A stretch of 64,000 nucleotides of DNA. Origin: a virus. Lineage: Duplodnaviria; Caudoviricetes. Under the pieces are notes generated by a model. That model searched no databases. It was not told the DNA's origin and was given only the letters and a program-made list of their open reading frames with translations. The position numbers and the translations under genes are program-made. The stretch lies in IMG/VR virus record IMGVR_UViG_3300034062_006701. One strand, written 5' to 3'. Positions 9,726 through 19,057 of the stretch are shown piece by piece. How positions within the stretch are numbered: the stretch's first letter is position 1; each line of letters begins with the position of its first letter.

Positions 9726-10077
9726 TGTCTTTCTTCTCAAAGATGTGCCCAACAACCTCTAGGGTATCATTAAGGAAATTGGAATCATTCATAGCAAACA
9801 TCATAGTTCTTCCAAAGAGGAACATTCCATCATCCCAGTAAACCTCTTGAGTTGTCTCATGTTGATCATCTCCAGGTCCAGACAACCAAATAAAATTAAC
9901 AAGGTCACCCTCATAAATCTCTTTGCCATTCTTATCCAAGAGTCCAGTAAACTGTTGAGGGTAAGAGACTCCTCCAGCAATTCCCAGATTTGCTCCCTCA
10001 TAGATATCAAAGTCTACAAACTCTTTTGTAAGAAATGCCCAAACTCTGAATTTTAGTGCTCTATTTTCTGTATTCAT
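9718..10077 (-). CDS. YopX-family protein
   Basis: LKFRVW...QFTGLLDKNGKEIYEGD...LEVVGHIFE. Confidence 0.88.
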   Translation of the reverse strand: MNTENRALKFRVWAFLTKEFVDFDIYEGANLGIAGGVSYPQQFTGLLDKNGKEIYEGDLVNFIWLSGPGDDQHETTQEVYWDDGMFLFGRTMMFAMNDSNFLNDTLEVVGHIFEKKDNE

Positions 10078-10116
10078 TGTTCCTATATAGTATAGGTTTT
10101 AGGTGGACACTTCAAG

Positions 10117-10515
10117 CTACTTCTTAATCTTCAGACTCTTTACATCAACTCCAAACTTCTCAGCAATGTCCTTCAAAGTAACTTCAGTTACTAGGTTTGG
10201 ATTAGAGATTCTATTTCCTTTTGAATCAAACCAAGCTTCAGATCCAAAAGAGTCCTTGCGATGAATCAAATTATTATTCTCATCATATTCTTTCCAAAAT
10301 TCAAATCCATCTGAGTTCTTGTAATGAATCAGATTATTATTCTCATCATATTCATACCAAGATTCAGATCCATCTGAGTCCTTGTAATGAATCCGATTAC
10401 TATTCTCATCATATTCATTCCAATATTCATATCCATCTGAGTCCTTGATATGAATTTCATTTCCCTTTGAATCTTTGGTTACGAGTGGATAATTGATTAC
10501 AGGTTTGTTTTTCAT
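10117..10515 (-). CDS. protein with about four tandem 22-aa IHYKDSDGxExWxEYDENNN repeats
   Basis: 66-nt tandem repeats visible in DNA and protein. Confidence 0.8.
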   Translation of the reverse strand: MKNKPVINYPLVTKDSKGNEIHIKDSDGYEYWNEYDENSNRIHYKDSDGSESWYEYDENNNLIHYKNSDGFEFWKEYDENNNLIHRKDSFGSEAWFDSKGNRISNPNLVTEVTLKDIAEKFGVDVKSLKIKK

Positions 10516-10523
10516 GTTTTTAT

Positions 10524-10552
10524 ATTCTATATGCTTTAGGAGGAGGTGTCAA
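10524..10552 (-). promoter_or_regulatory. sigma70-type cassette promoter
   Basis: TTGACA-17-TAGAAT; 10517-10552 is identical to 22561-22596. Confidence 0.85.
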
Positions 10553-10560
10553 GATAATAA

Positions 10561-10833
10561 TCAGATCTTCTTATTCCAAACAATCTCAAAGAGATAACAC
10601 TCCCAAGCAATTCCTATCTTTGTATATGAAGAGCAATTAAAAAAAGTTGGACATACCTTCTTCTTATTAAGAACAGGAAACTCCCAAAGACCTATACTGA
10701 GCTTATTCCAGAGATAATTCTTACAGAAATACATCTTAGCAGGTTTTGCATTCTTTAGAATCCTCTTTGTCTTTTTGGTTAAAGGCTTGGAAACATCCAC
10801 ATAAGTTTCATTGTTCATTCTTATTTTCTTCAT
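10561..10833 (-). CDS. hypothetical protein, paralog of 22580..22828
   Basis: shared PAKxYFC...FNCSSYxKxGIxW..LFEIxWNK. Confidence 0.75.
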   Translation of the reverse strand: MKKIRMNNETYVDVSKPLTKKTKRILKNAKPAKMYFCKNYLWNKLSIGLWEFPVLNKKKVCPTFFNCSSYTKIGIAWECYLFEIVWNKKI

Positions 10834-11036
10834 ACTTCTATCCCTTCAATATATAGTATTTCTCTATCAAATTCAATAGTTATTTCTTCTCCATTCTTTG
10901 GAATAATCTTTAGATCACACTCTTTTGAATAAACTCTCTGAGCATTAAGAACATCAAACTCTTTGGTCAGAGGATTACAATCCTTATCAATTCCATTATC
11001 AATTGTTACTCTGATTCTTTTCATAACTTGGTGCAA
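10830..11036 (-). CDS. hypothetical protein
   Basis: 68-aa ORF; start may be MKRIRV. Confidence 0.6.
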   Translation of the reverse strand: MHQVMKRIRVTIDNGIDKDCNPLTKEFDVLNAQRVYSKECDLKIIPKNGEEITIEFDREILYIEGIEV

Positions 11037-11247
11037 TACTCAAAAATGCTCTTTCCTTAAATTCAACAATCATTTTTCTCAGTTCCTCAGACTTCCCTTC
11101 TCTAATAAGACTAATAGGAGTTCTATTTTCAAGAGCATTATTAGGAGTAGAAAGCCAAAGAACAACCTTATCAGCCTCTAAAAATGTCTTCAGCTTCATC
11201 ACCCAGATATAAAGATCAGTATGAAGATTTGCAGAGTCTAATTCCAT
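10999..11247 (-). CDS. MbcA/ParS/Xre-type antitoxin C-terminal (DUF2384-like) protein
   Basis: WLSTPNNALENRTPISLIREGKSEEL fits the family motif WL..PN.AL.g..P..L. Confidence 0.7.
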   Translation of the reverse strand: MELDSANLHTDLYIWVMKLKTFLEADKVVLWLSTPNNALENRTPISLIREGKSEELRKMIVEFKERAFLSIAPSYEKNQSNN

Positions 11248-11253
11248 AATCTT

Positions 11254-11281
11254 ATTCTATGTGTTTAAACAAAATTGTCAA
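11254..11281 (-). promoter_or_regulatory. sigma70-type promoter
   Basis: TTGACA-16-TAGAAT, 6 nt, ATG; the -35 contains the upstream stop. Confidence 0.75.
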
Positions 11282-11952
11282 TCCTCAATATCAGGCTTGT
11301 GATGATCAAATGTAACCTCATCATAATTTCTAAACTTAGCTCTTAGCTCAGCAAATGAAATAGGCTCAGGACAAATCTCCACACCTACATCCATTGTCTT
11401 TGCCTTATAGAGGATCTTTCCAAGCTCAGACTTATAGAGATTACCATGGGAATGACTATGAAGCTGCCAAGCTCCTTTATGCTGACCATTCCAAGTAGCC
11501 TGGGCATAATGATTCAGAACAATTGGCTGACCATTGATTACAATCTCTAGATAATTTGGAACAAAGTGAACCTTCTTATACTCAGTTGCTCCTGGTAGGA
11601 GAACATTATCCTGAACACTATCAAATAGCTGCTTATACCCTGCCTGATGATTACCAGGAAGAACATAAAGCTCTTTGAAGTCTAGTCTCCTAAAAAGACT
11701 TAGAAGCCTCTCATCAGCATTATGACCAAAGATTGTATCACCTAGAAGGAATCCAATAGTACTAGCATTAGCCTTCTTATTCCAATTCTGGATTAGACCC
11801 TCATCATGAAGCTCAACACTACTATAACCTCTGGACTTCCAAAGAGGTGTCTCCCATCTCTCACACTTGTGTCCTATGTGAAGACATCCCTGGAAAAGGA
11901 AATCATGATCCTTTCCAGAGAACTTTAGAGACTTATAAAAGAGATCCTTCAT
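11278..11952 (-). CDS. phage calcineurin-like phosphoesterase
   Basis: CLHIGH, LLGD, PGNH, LNHY, LHSHSHG, DVGV motifs. Confidence 0.85.
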   Translation of the reverse strand: MKDLFYKSLKFSGKDHDFLFQGCLHIGHKCERWETPLWKSRGYSSVELHDEGLIQNWNKKANASTIGFLLGDTIFGHNADERLLSLFRRLDFKELYVLPGNHQAGYKQLFDSVQDNVLLPGATEYKKVHFVPNYLEIVINGQPIVLNHYAQATWNGQHKGAWQLHSHSHGNLYKSELGKILYKAKTMDVGVEICPEPISFAELRAKFRNYDEVTFDHHKPDIED

Positions 11953-11990
11953 TATTCCTAAAGTATAAAGGAAATCTTAGGACAAGGCAA

Positions 11991-12527
11991 TTAAATTCTA
12001 CCTAGTACATCTTCTACTGGAATAATGTATCCAATAGTATGAGGTTTAGTGCAATCATCTCCCTTAATAGTCAATGTTGCCATCTCTGTGTTAATGCTTT
12101 TAACTTCACCACCTAGAGTTGAGCTATATACACTCTTCTTAAAGTGTACTCTCTGCCCTACTTCATAGGGAACAGTTACATTATAATCTTTAACCCATTT
12201 CTCTACAGCCTTACCAGTAGCTTTATGAACAATTGCCCAAACACCATCTAATGTATCAACTAAATCTGAATCAGCATCCCAACTCCATCGATCATCACAA
12301 AATCTTGCTAACTTATAGCCATCATAGTCACTATTATCAACAATCTCCTCAGCACACCATAGAGCTTCCTTATCATCAATTCCACCATCACTCTTCCAAT
12401 AATCTTTAAGCAATTCAGCCACCTTTACAGCTGCTACTTCCTGTACTTCTTTGCTCCATTTATCTGGTCTCTTTGGAACAGCAATATCTACATTAAAGCC
12501 TAATTCTGTTGTTTCTGTTGTAGTCAT
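11991..12527 (-). CDS. hypothetical protein
   Basis: start moved to MTTTET (TAATATG coupling). Confidence 0.75.
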   Translation of the reverse strand: MTTTETTELGFNVDIAVPKRPDKWSKEVQEVAAVKVAELLKDYWKSDGGIDDKEALWCAEEIVDNSDYDGYKLARFCDDRWSWDADSDLVDTLDGVWAIVHKATGKAVEKWVKDYNVTVPYEVGQRVHFKKSVYSSTLGGEVKSINTEMATLTIKGDDCTKPHTIGYIIPVEDVLGRI

Positions 12528-12528
12528 A

Positions 12529-12699
12529 TTATTCTGTTTCTGTAGAATCACAAAGATTAAACCACTTTGTATATGTATCAGGACATATTACATTACCATA
12601 CTCAAGAGCATTAATAACAATATACCAAGATTCCTCCTCTCCAACTGCTTTAGCTATAGTTTTTATTGCATTTACAATTTGTTGATCCTCAGCATTCAT
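12529..12699 (-). CDS. small hypothetical protein (56 aa, MNAEDQQ...)
   Basis: hand-translated; fills the gap exactly. Confidence 0.65.
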   Translation of the reverse strand: MNAEDQQIVNAIKTIAKAVGEEESWYIVINALEYGNVICPDTYTKWFNLCDSTETE

Positions 12700-12709
12700 T
12701 TTTTTTGGT

Positions 12710-12937
12710 CTACCTAGAAATTATTACAGCTTCACAATCTGCTTTTACTGTATCAGATATTCTATGAAGTTCATGTCTCCCATAATACCATTCATTTTCA
12801 TCAGTATGAACATTTAGCTTCATAGGTGTTTGAAAAGGCAATTGAGGTGTGTCATAACCCCCCTCGTAGCCATCCACAAATACAGGCAGTTCTGGATCAA
12901 ACTTCTGTAGCATTTCAATTAGTTGTTGTACCTTCAT
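12710..12937 (-). CDS. hypothetical protein (MKVxxLIExL..D..L.V type)
   Basis: 75-aa ORF. Confidence 0.75.
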   Translation of the reverse strand: MKVQQLIEMLQKFDPELPVFVDGYEGGYDTPQLPFQTPMKLNVHTDENEWYYGRHELHRISDTVKADCEAVIISR

Positions 12938-12940
12938 AAA

Positions 12941-13312
12941 TTAAATTCTCCAAGTTGTTCTTCCACCATGAGGGCCACATGTCTCACAATAACCATCACT
13001 TGATTCATAATCATCAGATTGGAAGCATTCTACAAGATCTTTAAAGGAACAAGTACCATCCTTGATTCCTTCTTTGAGTTTCAAAAGAAGATAATCTAAA
13101 AGCTCATCATCTTCTTCAGGTTGTTTAACACCTTCCTCTACTTCTCCACTCCTCCATACACCATTGATACTAAACCCCCAATTGTAACAAGAAGCTTCAT
13201 CATATACAATTGTATACTTTGGTTCATCCTCTTCTAAAGGCTTATCCAAATCAATCTCAACACCTTTAGTTAATTCTTTTGCTTTTTCTAAAACTTCTTT
13301 AAGGTCTTTCAT
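12941..13312 (-). CDS. hypothetical protein with C-terminal CxxC
   Basis: 123-aa ORF. Confidence 0.7.
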   Translation of the reverse strand: MKDLKEVLEKAKELTKGVEIDLDKPLEEDEPKYTIVYDEASCYNWGFSINGVWRSGEVEEGVKQPEEDDELLDYLLLKLKEGIKDGTCSFKDLVECFQSDDYESSDGYCETCGPHGGRTTWRI

Positions 13313-13551
13313 ATTTCTCCTTTGGAATATAAGTCCTTTGGAATATAAGATGAATATTTCTCCTTTGGAATATAAGATGAATATGTCAAAGATATGTGCT
13401 TATATACATTAAATTGTTTTTTACACTCATTACACTGAAGCCCTCTAAAGAAATCATCATTAGGGTTATAGAAGATTTCATGTGACATTTGAAACTCATA
13501 ACCACAATGAGGACAAACAATCTCCTCTGTAAATGAGCAATCAATTTCCAT
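13309..13551 (-). CDS. zinc-ribbon protein, paralog of 15987..16226
   Basis: EIVCPHCGYEF...CxxC; duplicated SSYIPK tail. Confidence 0.75.
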   Translation of the reverse strand: MEIDCSFTEEIVCPHCGYEFQMSHEIFYNPNDDFFRGLQCNECKKQFNVYKHISLTYSSYIPKEKYSSYIPKDLYSKGEI

Positions 13552-13753
13552 ATTTTTCTCCAGTATAGTATTTGTAAACTCTCTTCAATGCTTTAAGATC
13601 CTTTGTATTCTCTTCAATGTCTTCAATGATATAAGGCCTTGGATTCTTTATCTCTTCGAGACATTTAATATTCTTTGAAAGTATCTCAATAGTCTCAGCC
13701 AATGACTTAGCAAATGCCAAATCTAAATGTTCATCATTAAGTTCTATTTGCAT
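13541..13753 (-). CDS. hypothetical protein
   Basis: start moved to MQIELN. Confidence 0.7.
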   Translation of the reverse strand: MQIELNDEHLDLAFAKSLAETIEILSKNIKCLEEIKNPRPYIIEDIEENTKDLKALKRVYKYYTGEKYGN

Positions 13754-13754
13754 A

Positions 13755-13910
13755 TTAATCCTTCTTTGTGAATTTCCAGACAATATTAATATCCTTTAGG
13801 ATAAAAAGCAAGAAGATAGGAAGAGGGATCTGATTAGTGCAATAGAAGTAAATCAGCAGTCCAAGCCAAAATGGATAAAAGAGAGGAATAGAGAATGTTT
13901 TAAGTTTCAT
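13755..13910 (-). CDS. small membrane protein (51 aa, MKLKTFSIPL...)
   Basis: hand-translated; directly behind a cassette promoter. Confidence 0.7.
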   Translation of the reverse strand: MKLKTFSIPLFYPFWLGLLIYFYCTNQIPLPIFLLFILKDINIVWKFTKKD

Positions 13911-13916
13911 AATCTT

Positions 13917-13945
13917 ATTCTATATGCTCTATGAGGAGGTGTCAA
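13917..13945 (-). promoter_or_regulatory. sigma70-type cassette promoter
   Basis: TTGACA-17-TAGAAT, 6 nt, ATG; the -35 contains the upstream stop. Confidence 0.8.
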
Positions 13946-14166
13946 GAGTTATCTTCAGCTACTTCTGGTACAAAGTCTTTAGGAATCTTATCATCCAACC
14001 ACTCTTTTGGTCTCTCTGTATATTCGGATACACAATCTCCTAACAAACAATGGTAAGCACATTCTAAACCAATAAGCATACCATACATATACTCATTACA
14101 GTTATAGATGCCATTCTGCTTTTGGATATCAATTAGATCTTTTATCTTTTCTGCTGCTTCTTTCAT
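13942..14166 (-). CDS. hypothetical protein
   Basis: start moved to MKEAAEK. Confidence 0.7.
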   Translation of the reverse strand: MKEAAEKIKDLIDIQKQNGIYNCNEYMYGMLIGLECAYHCLLGDCVSEYTERPKEWLDDKIPKDFVPEVAEDNS

Positions 14167-14167
14167 A

Positions 14168-14779
14168 TTAAAAGTTGTGTCTATTTTTCCACATGAAGTC
14201 ATTTACCTGTGTGGCTGTCCATTTTTCAGGTACTGTAACAGGCAAAGTACTCTTTGTTCCATCATAGGATGTATGTGTTATTGGAGTTGTTTCTCTACTA
14301 TTATAAGCTTTGATATTTGGATCATATACAGAAGTATTTGAATTAGGAAGATTGTGAGAAACAGTTTGCCAAGGCATAGTGGGATTTGTGCCAGTATCTG
14401 CTGGTACAGCTTTTATTGAAAAAGGTTCCTGACAAGTTGGACTATTACTATAAACAGCAGTCCTTCCACAATGAGGACATTTTAATCCTTCTGGTGAAAT
14501 AACCATATGTAGTAACATTGGAATACCAGTGTTTTTACCACAATGAAGACAAGTAACATTATTATTGTAAGGTGTAGGATTTATATAAGGTTCTTTTGGC
14601 TTTATAGGGCCAGTAAACCTCTCATCCAAATAAGGACTATGACCTACAAGCTTCTCAATTAGCTTCTGAATAATAATAGACTGATCCATAATACAGTCAC
14701 TATTATGATTAACAAGCTTTTGAAGCTCATCAATTTTTTTGTTTAATTTTCTAATTTCTCTTTGCATATAATCTTTCAA
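14168..14779 (-). CDS. hypothetical protein with two CxxC pairs
   Basis: 203-aa ORF. Confidence 0.7.
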   Translation of the reverse strand: MKDYMQREIRKLNKKIDELQKLVNHNSDCIMDQSIIIQKLIEKLVGHSPYLDERFTGPIKPKEPYINPTPYNNNVTCLHCGKNTGIPMLLHMVISPEGLKCPHCGRTAVYSNSPTCQEPFSIKAVPADTGTNPTMPWQTVSHNLPNSNTSVYDPNIKAYNSRETTPITHTSYDGTKSTLPVTVPEKWTATQVNDFMWKNRHNF

Positions 14780-15038
14780 TTCTGTTCATATCTTGTTTAA
14801 TATTCTCAAAAGATGTACCATATTTTCTTTGAGTATGAAAAAAAAGAATCCAATCCTTCCATGATAATTTCCTACCAGTTGTTTCATGAACATGGAACAC
14901 ACCATTAAGCTTTCTGCCTAATTCAATTGCATCTTTTTTATTTTCAAACTGTCTTTGATCCATACCATGAAGAATTTGCCAACTACCATCCTCAAGTGGC
15001 ATTGGAATGCAGTATTCAACTTGGTACATGAGATTCAT
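14751..15038 (-). CDS. hypothetical protein
   Basis: 95-aa ORF. Confidence 0.65.
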   Translation of the reverse strand: MNLMYQVEYCIPMPLEDGSWQILHGMDQRQFENKKDAIELGRKLNGVFHVHETTGRKLSWKDWILFFHTQRKYGTSFENIKQDMNRIERLYAKRN

Positions 15039-15247
15039 AGATATTTAAATTTTCTCAAACACTCAAATTGTGCCATAGTTCCTTTAAAATTAATAGAAGA
15101 ATCATTTGTATTAATACTTTTAAGATTTTCAATATACTCTTCTAATCTTTCTACTCTATTTTTTAGAGAAAGTATTTCAACATCTCTTGCATCCATTTCT
15201 GCACTAAAGCAGATTGTTTCTTTATTATCACTCATAGTTTCTTCCAT
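15035..15247 (-). CDS. hypothetical protein
   Basis: 70-aa ORF. Confidence 0.6.
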   Translation of the reverse strand: MEETMSDNKETICFSAEMDARDVEILSLKNRVERLEEYIENLKSINTNDSSINFKGTMAQFECLRKFKYL

Positions 15248-15498
15248 TCCTCCAATGTTCTCTGAATATCAATCTTTTTCATCTCACTAGCATACTCTAA
15301 TGCCTTCTTATCAATCCAGCTAGGTTTACTTTTAAACTTACACCAAGCCAAATTTAGAAACCATACAAACTGAACAATATAATTCAGAGGAAATACTACA
15401 TACATTGCAGAGTTGATCCTATAATCAAAATAAGCAGACTTCATCCAATAAGGAGGAATAATATGCCATGAAACTCTTTGGTAAATTAAATTCTTCAT
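15232..15498 (-). CDS. hypothetical protein
   Basis: start moved to MKNLIY. Confidence 0.6.
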   Translation of the reverse strand: MKNLIYQRVSWHIIPPYWMKSAYFDYRINSAMYVVFPLNYIVQFVWFLNLAWCKFKSKPSWIDKKALEYASEMKKIDIQRTLEEWKKL

Positions 15499-15707
15499 TT
15501 CAAAAAGTATAGCACAGTAAAGTAAAGTGTCCAGACAAAAAAAGCACAGATGAGGCAAAAGATTCCAAGTAGTGCTAAACCAAAGTCTCCAAAAAGAGAA
15601 CCATCACTTGCATCATTTAAGTTTTTACCACCAAAAATGGTAAGAGCAATGGATAGGATAATAGGAATCCAAATGGATGAGAATGAGATTGTGAGTGCTA
15701 GGATCAT
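15495..15707 (-). CDS. two-TM membrane protein
   Basis: two hydrophobic segments. Confidence 0.65.
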   Translation of the reverse strand: MILALTISFSSIWIPIILSIALTIFGGKNLNDASDGSLFGDFGLALLGIFCLICAFFVWTLYFTVLYFLK

Positions 15708-15925
15708 AGATTAAATGCTTCCTCTACATCAGTTTCAAACTTCTTAATAGCTTTAACAAAGTCATGATGGTAATTTGATTGAATAGTTTTAATTACATCA
15801 TCCCCAAGTCCAATAGCTGCTAACATTACCTTCCTTTTAATATCAATAAGATCATCATGTTTTTCTAAACCAGTTAGAAGTTCTTTTAGAACATTTTTAA
15901 TTAAACTCTTATCACTTGTGCTCAT
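15704..15925 (-). CDS. hypothetical protein
   Basis: 73-aa ORF. Confidence 0.65.
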   Translation of the reverse strand: MSTSDKSLIKNVLKELLTGLEKHDDLIDIKRKVMLAAIGLGDDVIKTIQSNYHHDFVKAIKKFETDVEEAFNL

Positions 15926-15986
15926 AATATTATAAGTCCTTTAAAATTTCTTATGATATTTTCTATCAATCCAATTACTCATATTA

Positions 15987-16226
15987 TTAGACAGGGTAAC
16001 CTAAATCATCATATCTAGGTGGTAGTATATTCTCTTTTGGTATATATGAATTATAGCTTATTGAAATGTTTCTTTCAACATTAAATTCTTTTTCACATTT
16101 CTCACATTCAATTCCCTCAATATACTCATCATTATATTGAAAATTTTCCCAAGAATCAGTAAACTCATAACCACAATGAGGACAAACTATTTCATCTGTA
16201 TAAGAGCAATCAATTTCTTTTTTCAT
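15987..16226 (-). CDS. zinc-ribbon protein, paralog of 13309..13551
   Basis: EIVCPHCGYEF...CEKC. Confidence 0.75.
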   Translation of the reverse strand: MKKEIDCSYTDEIVCPHCGYEFTDSWENFQYNDEYIEGIECEKCEKEFNVERNISISYNSYIPKENILPPRYDDLGYPV

Positions 16227-16227
16227 A

Positions 16228-16512
16228 TTAATTAAAAATTACATCTCCATTATAAACAATTTTCCAAGGATCTAATTCAAAGTCTCTTTCTACTTGAATT
16301 ACACAACTAGCAATTTCAAGAAATGCTTCATCCATAGTTCTCATATGTTCAGGCATAACAAGAATCTGATCTAATGCTCTGAGTCCACATTTAATAGTAA
16401 TCTCTGCTTTCTTCTCTTGAATTAAAAGTTCTAAAAGAGCTTCTCTAATTGCTAATCTCTTTGATGCAGCAACTACTTCTGGTGATGGTTTGGGTTTATA
16501 AGGAGTCATCAT
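16228..16512 (-). CDS. hypothetical protein
   Basis: 94-aa ORF. Confidence 0.7.
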   Translation of the reverse strand: MMTPYKPKPSPEVVAASKRLAIREALLELLIQEKKAEITIKCGLRALDQILVMPEHMRTMDEAFLEIASCVIQVERDFELDPWKIVYNGDVIFN

Positions 16513-16513
16513 A

Positions 16514-16834
16514 TTATTTTAAAAGTTCTGGATTCTCAAAGATATTTCCTTCAACCTTCATAGAATTAAGATCCCAATAATTCCATTGATACCCTTTTTC
16601 ATTATCCCATTTGATAATCACTGATCTCTCATGAAAACCAGCTGGTCCAAAGTACATCATACCTCTAATAATATCACCCTCATAGATCTCAACTCCATTT
16701 TTATCTTCGAGACCAGTGAATTGCTGAACAATGTATTTGTCATCTAAGAACAATTCAGTATAGTTATAATCTTCTGGGTTCTTCCAGTTCAAATACATTG
16801 AATCCCAGACTCTAAATTTAAATTCTCTTTTCAT
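16514..16834 (-). CDS. YopX-family protein
   Basis: MKREFKFRVWD...QFTGLEDKNGVEIYEGDII...VEGNIFENPELL; start moved to 16834. Confidence 0.9.
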   Translation of the reverse strand: MKREFKFRVWDSMYLNWKNPEDYNYTELFLDDKYIVQQFTGLEDKNGVEIYEGDIIRGMMYFGPAGFHERSVIIKWDNEKGYQWNYWDLNSMKVEGNIFENPELLK

Positions 16835-16835
16835 A

Positions 16836-17005
16836 TTACTTCCCCCAAGTAAAAACAGGTGCTCCGTTTGTATCGGTTGCCCAATGAGCAGCATTGTTTG
16901 CAACAGCTTCTTTTTGTATTTGTTTTTCTTTTGAAATTACACCAAATAGAAATACAATCATTGAAAGTAAAAAAAAATTAAAATAAAGTATACTACAGGT
17001 TTCAT
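16836..17005 (-). pseudogene. small membrane-protein gene frameshifted in an A9 run
   Basis: one extra base in A9 (16969-16977) restores a 56-aa ORF, MKPVVYFILIFFLLSMIVF...FTWGK. Confidence 0.6.
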
Positions 17006-17006
17006 A

Positions 17007-18548
17007 TTAGAGATTATCGTTGATTCTGTTGCGAATGTCAACAAGATTCTGATCGATTAGAAGTTCTCCATCTTCAAACACTGGAAGAAGTTCAGAATCT
17101 GTTCCTGCTTCTACCTCATCATAGAGATGATACTGTCCATCAATTGGGTCTATTACAACAGTTAAGAATCCCTTTGCACTATTCTTCATACCATCATCAG
17201 TCTTAGGTTTCTTGAAGATCTCCTTGACCTCTCCGTTGACAATACCAGCAGTTGCCTTAACAGCAAAGCCAAGAGTATCACGAGTCTGATACTGATAGGT
17301 ATACGAACCAATACCAAAGACGATATTGTTGGAAGCAAATCCCTTGTTCTTCAAACGAGTAAGGATTTCATTTGCACGATCAAGTGTAATAGAATCACCA
17401 TAGATCAGCCCAATGTGCGAATCCAAAGACTTGAATCCCTTATCGGTTACAGTACCACCGAAGGTCTCCCATAGAACTTCTACAGCACCATTGATTTCAT
17501 TAAGATCAAGAATCTTATCAGTACCAACTTCCTTAAAGTATCCGTTATCAAGATATACTTCGTCTTCAGTGTAACCTGCAACGATCTTAACAGGATCTCC
17601 AGAGTCAGGACGAATGACAACCTTGCCATCACGAGCCATGATCTCAGCCTTCAGACTAGGAAGAATTTTGGTAAGAACTCCCCAAAAATCAAAGCTATCA
17701 GAGACAATAGAAACAATACCATTAGGATAAAGTTCGGTAATAAGACGCTTAAAGCTATCATACTCATCAGGCTCTCCCTCACCAAACTTGGCATTAAGAG
17801 TCATGACGCTATGCTCTGTAGCTGGAACAGAACAACCAACAAGCTCCTTGTCAGCATTAGCATTGTAGTAGTCTTCGAGGAAGTCGATAGCAGGAACAGT
17901 ATCGGTTCCTACAAAGCTAGTCAAGTGACCTGCACCTGTCATAGCCGCATCCTCTGCTCCACTCATACCACGGAAGCTGAAGTCATGTCCTTGGAATCCA
18001 ACAAAGGATGGATCAACTCCTGTTTCTTCTGCAAAGTTAAGAAGGAGCTTCTTATACTTTCGAGCAAGTGTAGCACTTGTGCAAGGCTTCCAAATAGTAG
18101 CTGAGAGAATAGTCTCAAGGAAGTTAGTAAGCCAGAAGAAATCAGGCAATGTATTCTCAATAGTAAATACTGGAATCTTGGCATCAACAGCAGCACCTTC
18201 AGGAAGAGCCTTGATAAGGATTGGTAGATAACCAAGATCATGCAGGGCTTCAATATGCGAAACATCAGCATCACCACCGAGGGAAGTATCGAGCCTTCTC
18301 TTGTAATAGGAAACAACCTCATTCTTTGGCTTACTAAAAAATTCCGTATTGAACTTCTCAATCAGAAAATCCTTGATAAAGTATTGAAGACCAAAGAATA
18401 CTACCTTATCATCGGTTCCTTCAATCTTAGGAAGATACTTCACCGAACGAGGAGTAAGATTGGAATAGACAAGAGTAGTACCTTCTGGATACATCTTATG
18501 ATGCTGGGTCTTGTAAAAATCGAGCTGCATTAATGGGCGTGTTTTCAT
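17007..18548 (-). CDS. nicotinamide phosphoribosyltransferase-like protein (Nampt / NARP1 Namat candidate)
   Basis: DFYKTQH, YSNLTPRS, HDFSFRGM, SVPATEHSVM, VSIVSDSFD, VIRPDSGDP, IYGDSIT, FGIGSYTYQ. Confidence 0.92.
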   Translation of the reverse strand: MKTRPLMQLDFYKTQHHKMYPEGTTLVYSNLTPRSVKYLPKIEGTDDKVVFFGLQYFIKDFLIEKFNTEFFSKPKNEVVSYYKRRLDTSLGGDADVSHIEALHDLGYLPILIKALPEGAAVDAKIPVFTIENTLPDFFWLTNFLETILSATIWKPCTSATLARKYKKLLLNFAEETGVDPSFVGFQGHDFSFRGMSGAEDAAMTGAGHLTSFVGTDTVPAIDFLEDYYNANADKELVGCSVPATEHSVMTLNAKFGEGEPDEYDSFKRLITELYPNGIVSIVSDSFDFWGVLTKILPSLKAEIMARDGKVVIRPDSGDPVKIVAGYTEDEVYLDNGYFKEVGTDKILDLNEINGAVEVLWETFGGTVTDKGFKSLDSHIGLIYGDSITLDRANEILTRLKNKGFASNNIVFGIGSYTYQYQTRDTLGFAVKATAGIVNGEVKEIFKKPKTDDGMKNSAKGFLTVVIDPIDGQYHLYDEVEAGTDSELLPVFEDGELLIDQNLVDIRNRINDNL

Positions 18549-18557
18549 TGCTTATAT

Positions 18558-18586
18558 ATTCTATACAATTTAATAGGAAGTGTCAA
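18558..18586 (-). promoter_or_regulatory. sigma70-type promoter
   Basis: TTGACA-17-TAGAAT, 9 nt, ATG at 18548. Confidence 0.8.
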
Positions 18587-18608
18587 GCTTTATTATGGCA
18601 TTCCAGTT

Positions 18609-18797
18609 CTAAATGGATCTTTTATAAGGCTTCTTAATCATTGCTTGGTTATAAACAACTTTTGCTTTATAAATCATACTAGGTGTTATAAAAAAAGAAG
18701 ACAGCCCTCCTAAACATTCCCAACCTTCTTCAAGTTTTTCATTAACAGCCTTTTCTAAATCTTCGATTGTGTTTCTTTCAACAATAATATATTTCAT
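18609..18797 (-). CDS. small DUF1737-like protein
   Basis: MKYIIVE...LEKAVNEKLEEGWECLGG...YNQAMIK. Confidence 0.65.
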   Translation of the reverse strand: MKYIIVERNTIEDLEKAVNEKLEEGWECLGGLSSFFITPSMIYKAKVVYNQAMIKKPYKRSI

Positions 18798-18798
18798 A

Positions 18799-19053
18799 TT
18801 ACCAATCTCCGCTTGCTCCACCGCCACCAGAATCTCCACCTCCACCAGAGAAGGAATCATAGGACGAATCATATGAAGAACTGGAACTGCTGTCATCAGA
18901 ACTCATAAGCTCTGAGATAATCATACCAGCAGCAAGTCCAGTAATAATATCATCGCTATCATCAGTAGTAGAACGATTACGATTAATTGATTCGCTTCTT
19001 GGTGCGACTTTCTTTTTGTTGTTTATTGGTTTTTTTGGTACGTTGTATCCCAT
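18799..19053 (-). CDS. low-complexity protein ending SGGGGDSGGGGASGDW
   Basis: 84-aa ORF with a common phage-type tail. Confidence 0.75.
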   Translation of the reverse strand: MGYNVPKKPINNKKKVAPRSESINRNRSTTDDSDDIITGLAAGMIISELMSSDDSSSSSSYDSSYDSFSGGGGDSGGGGASGDW

Positions 19054-19057
19054 ATGT

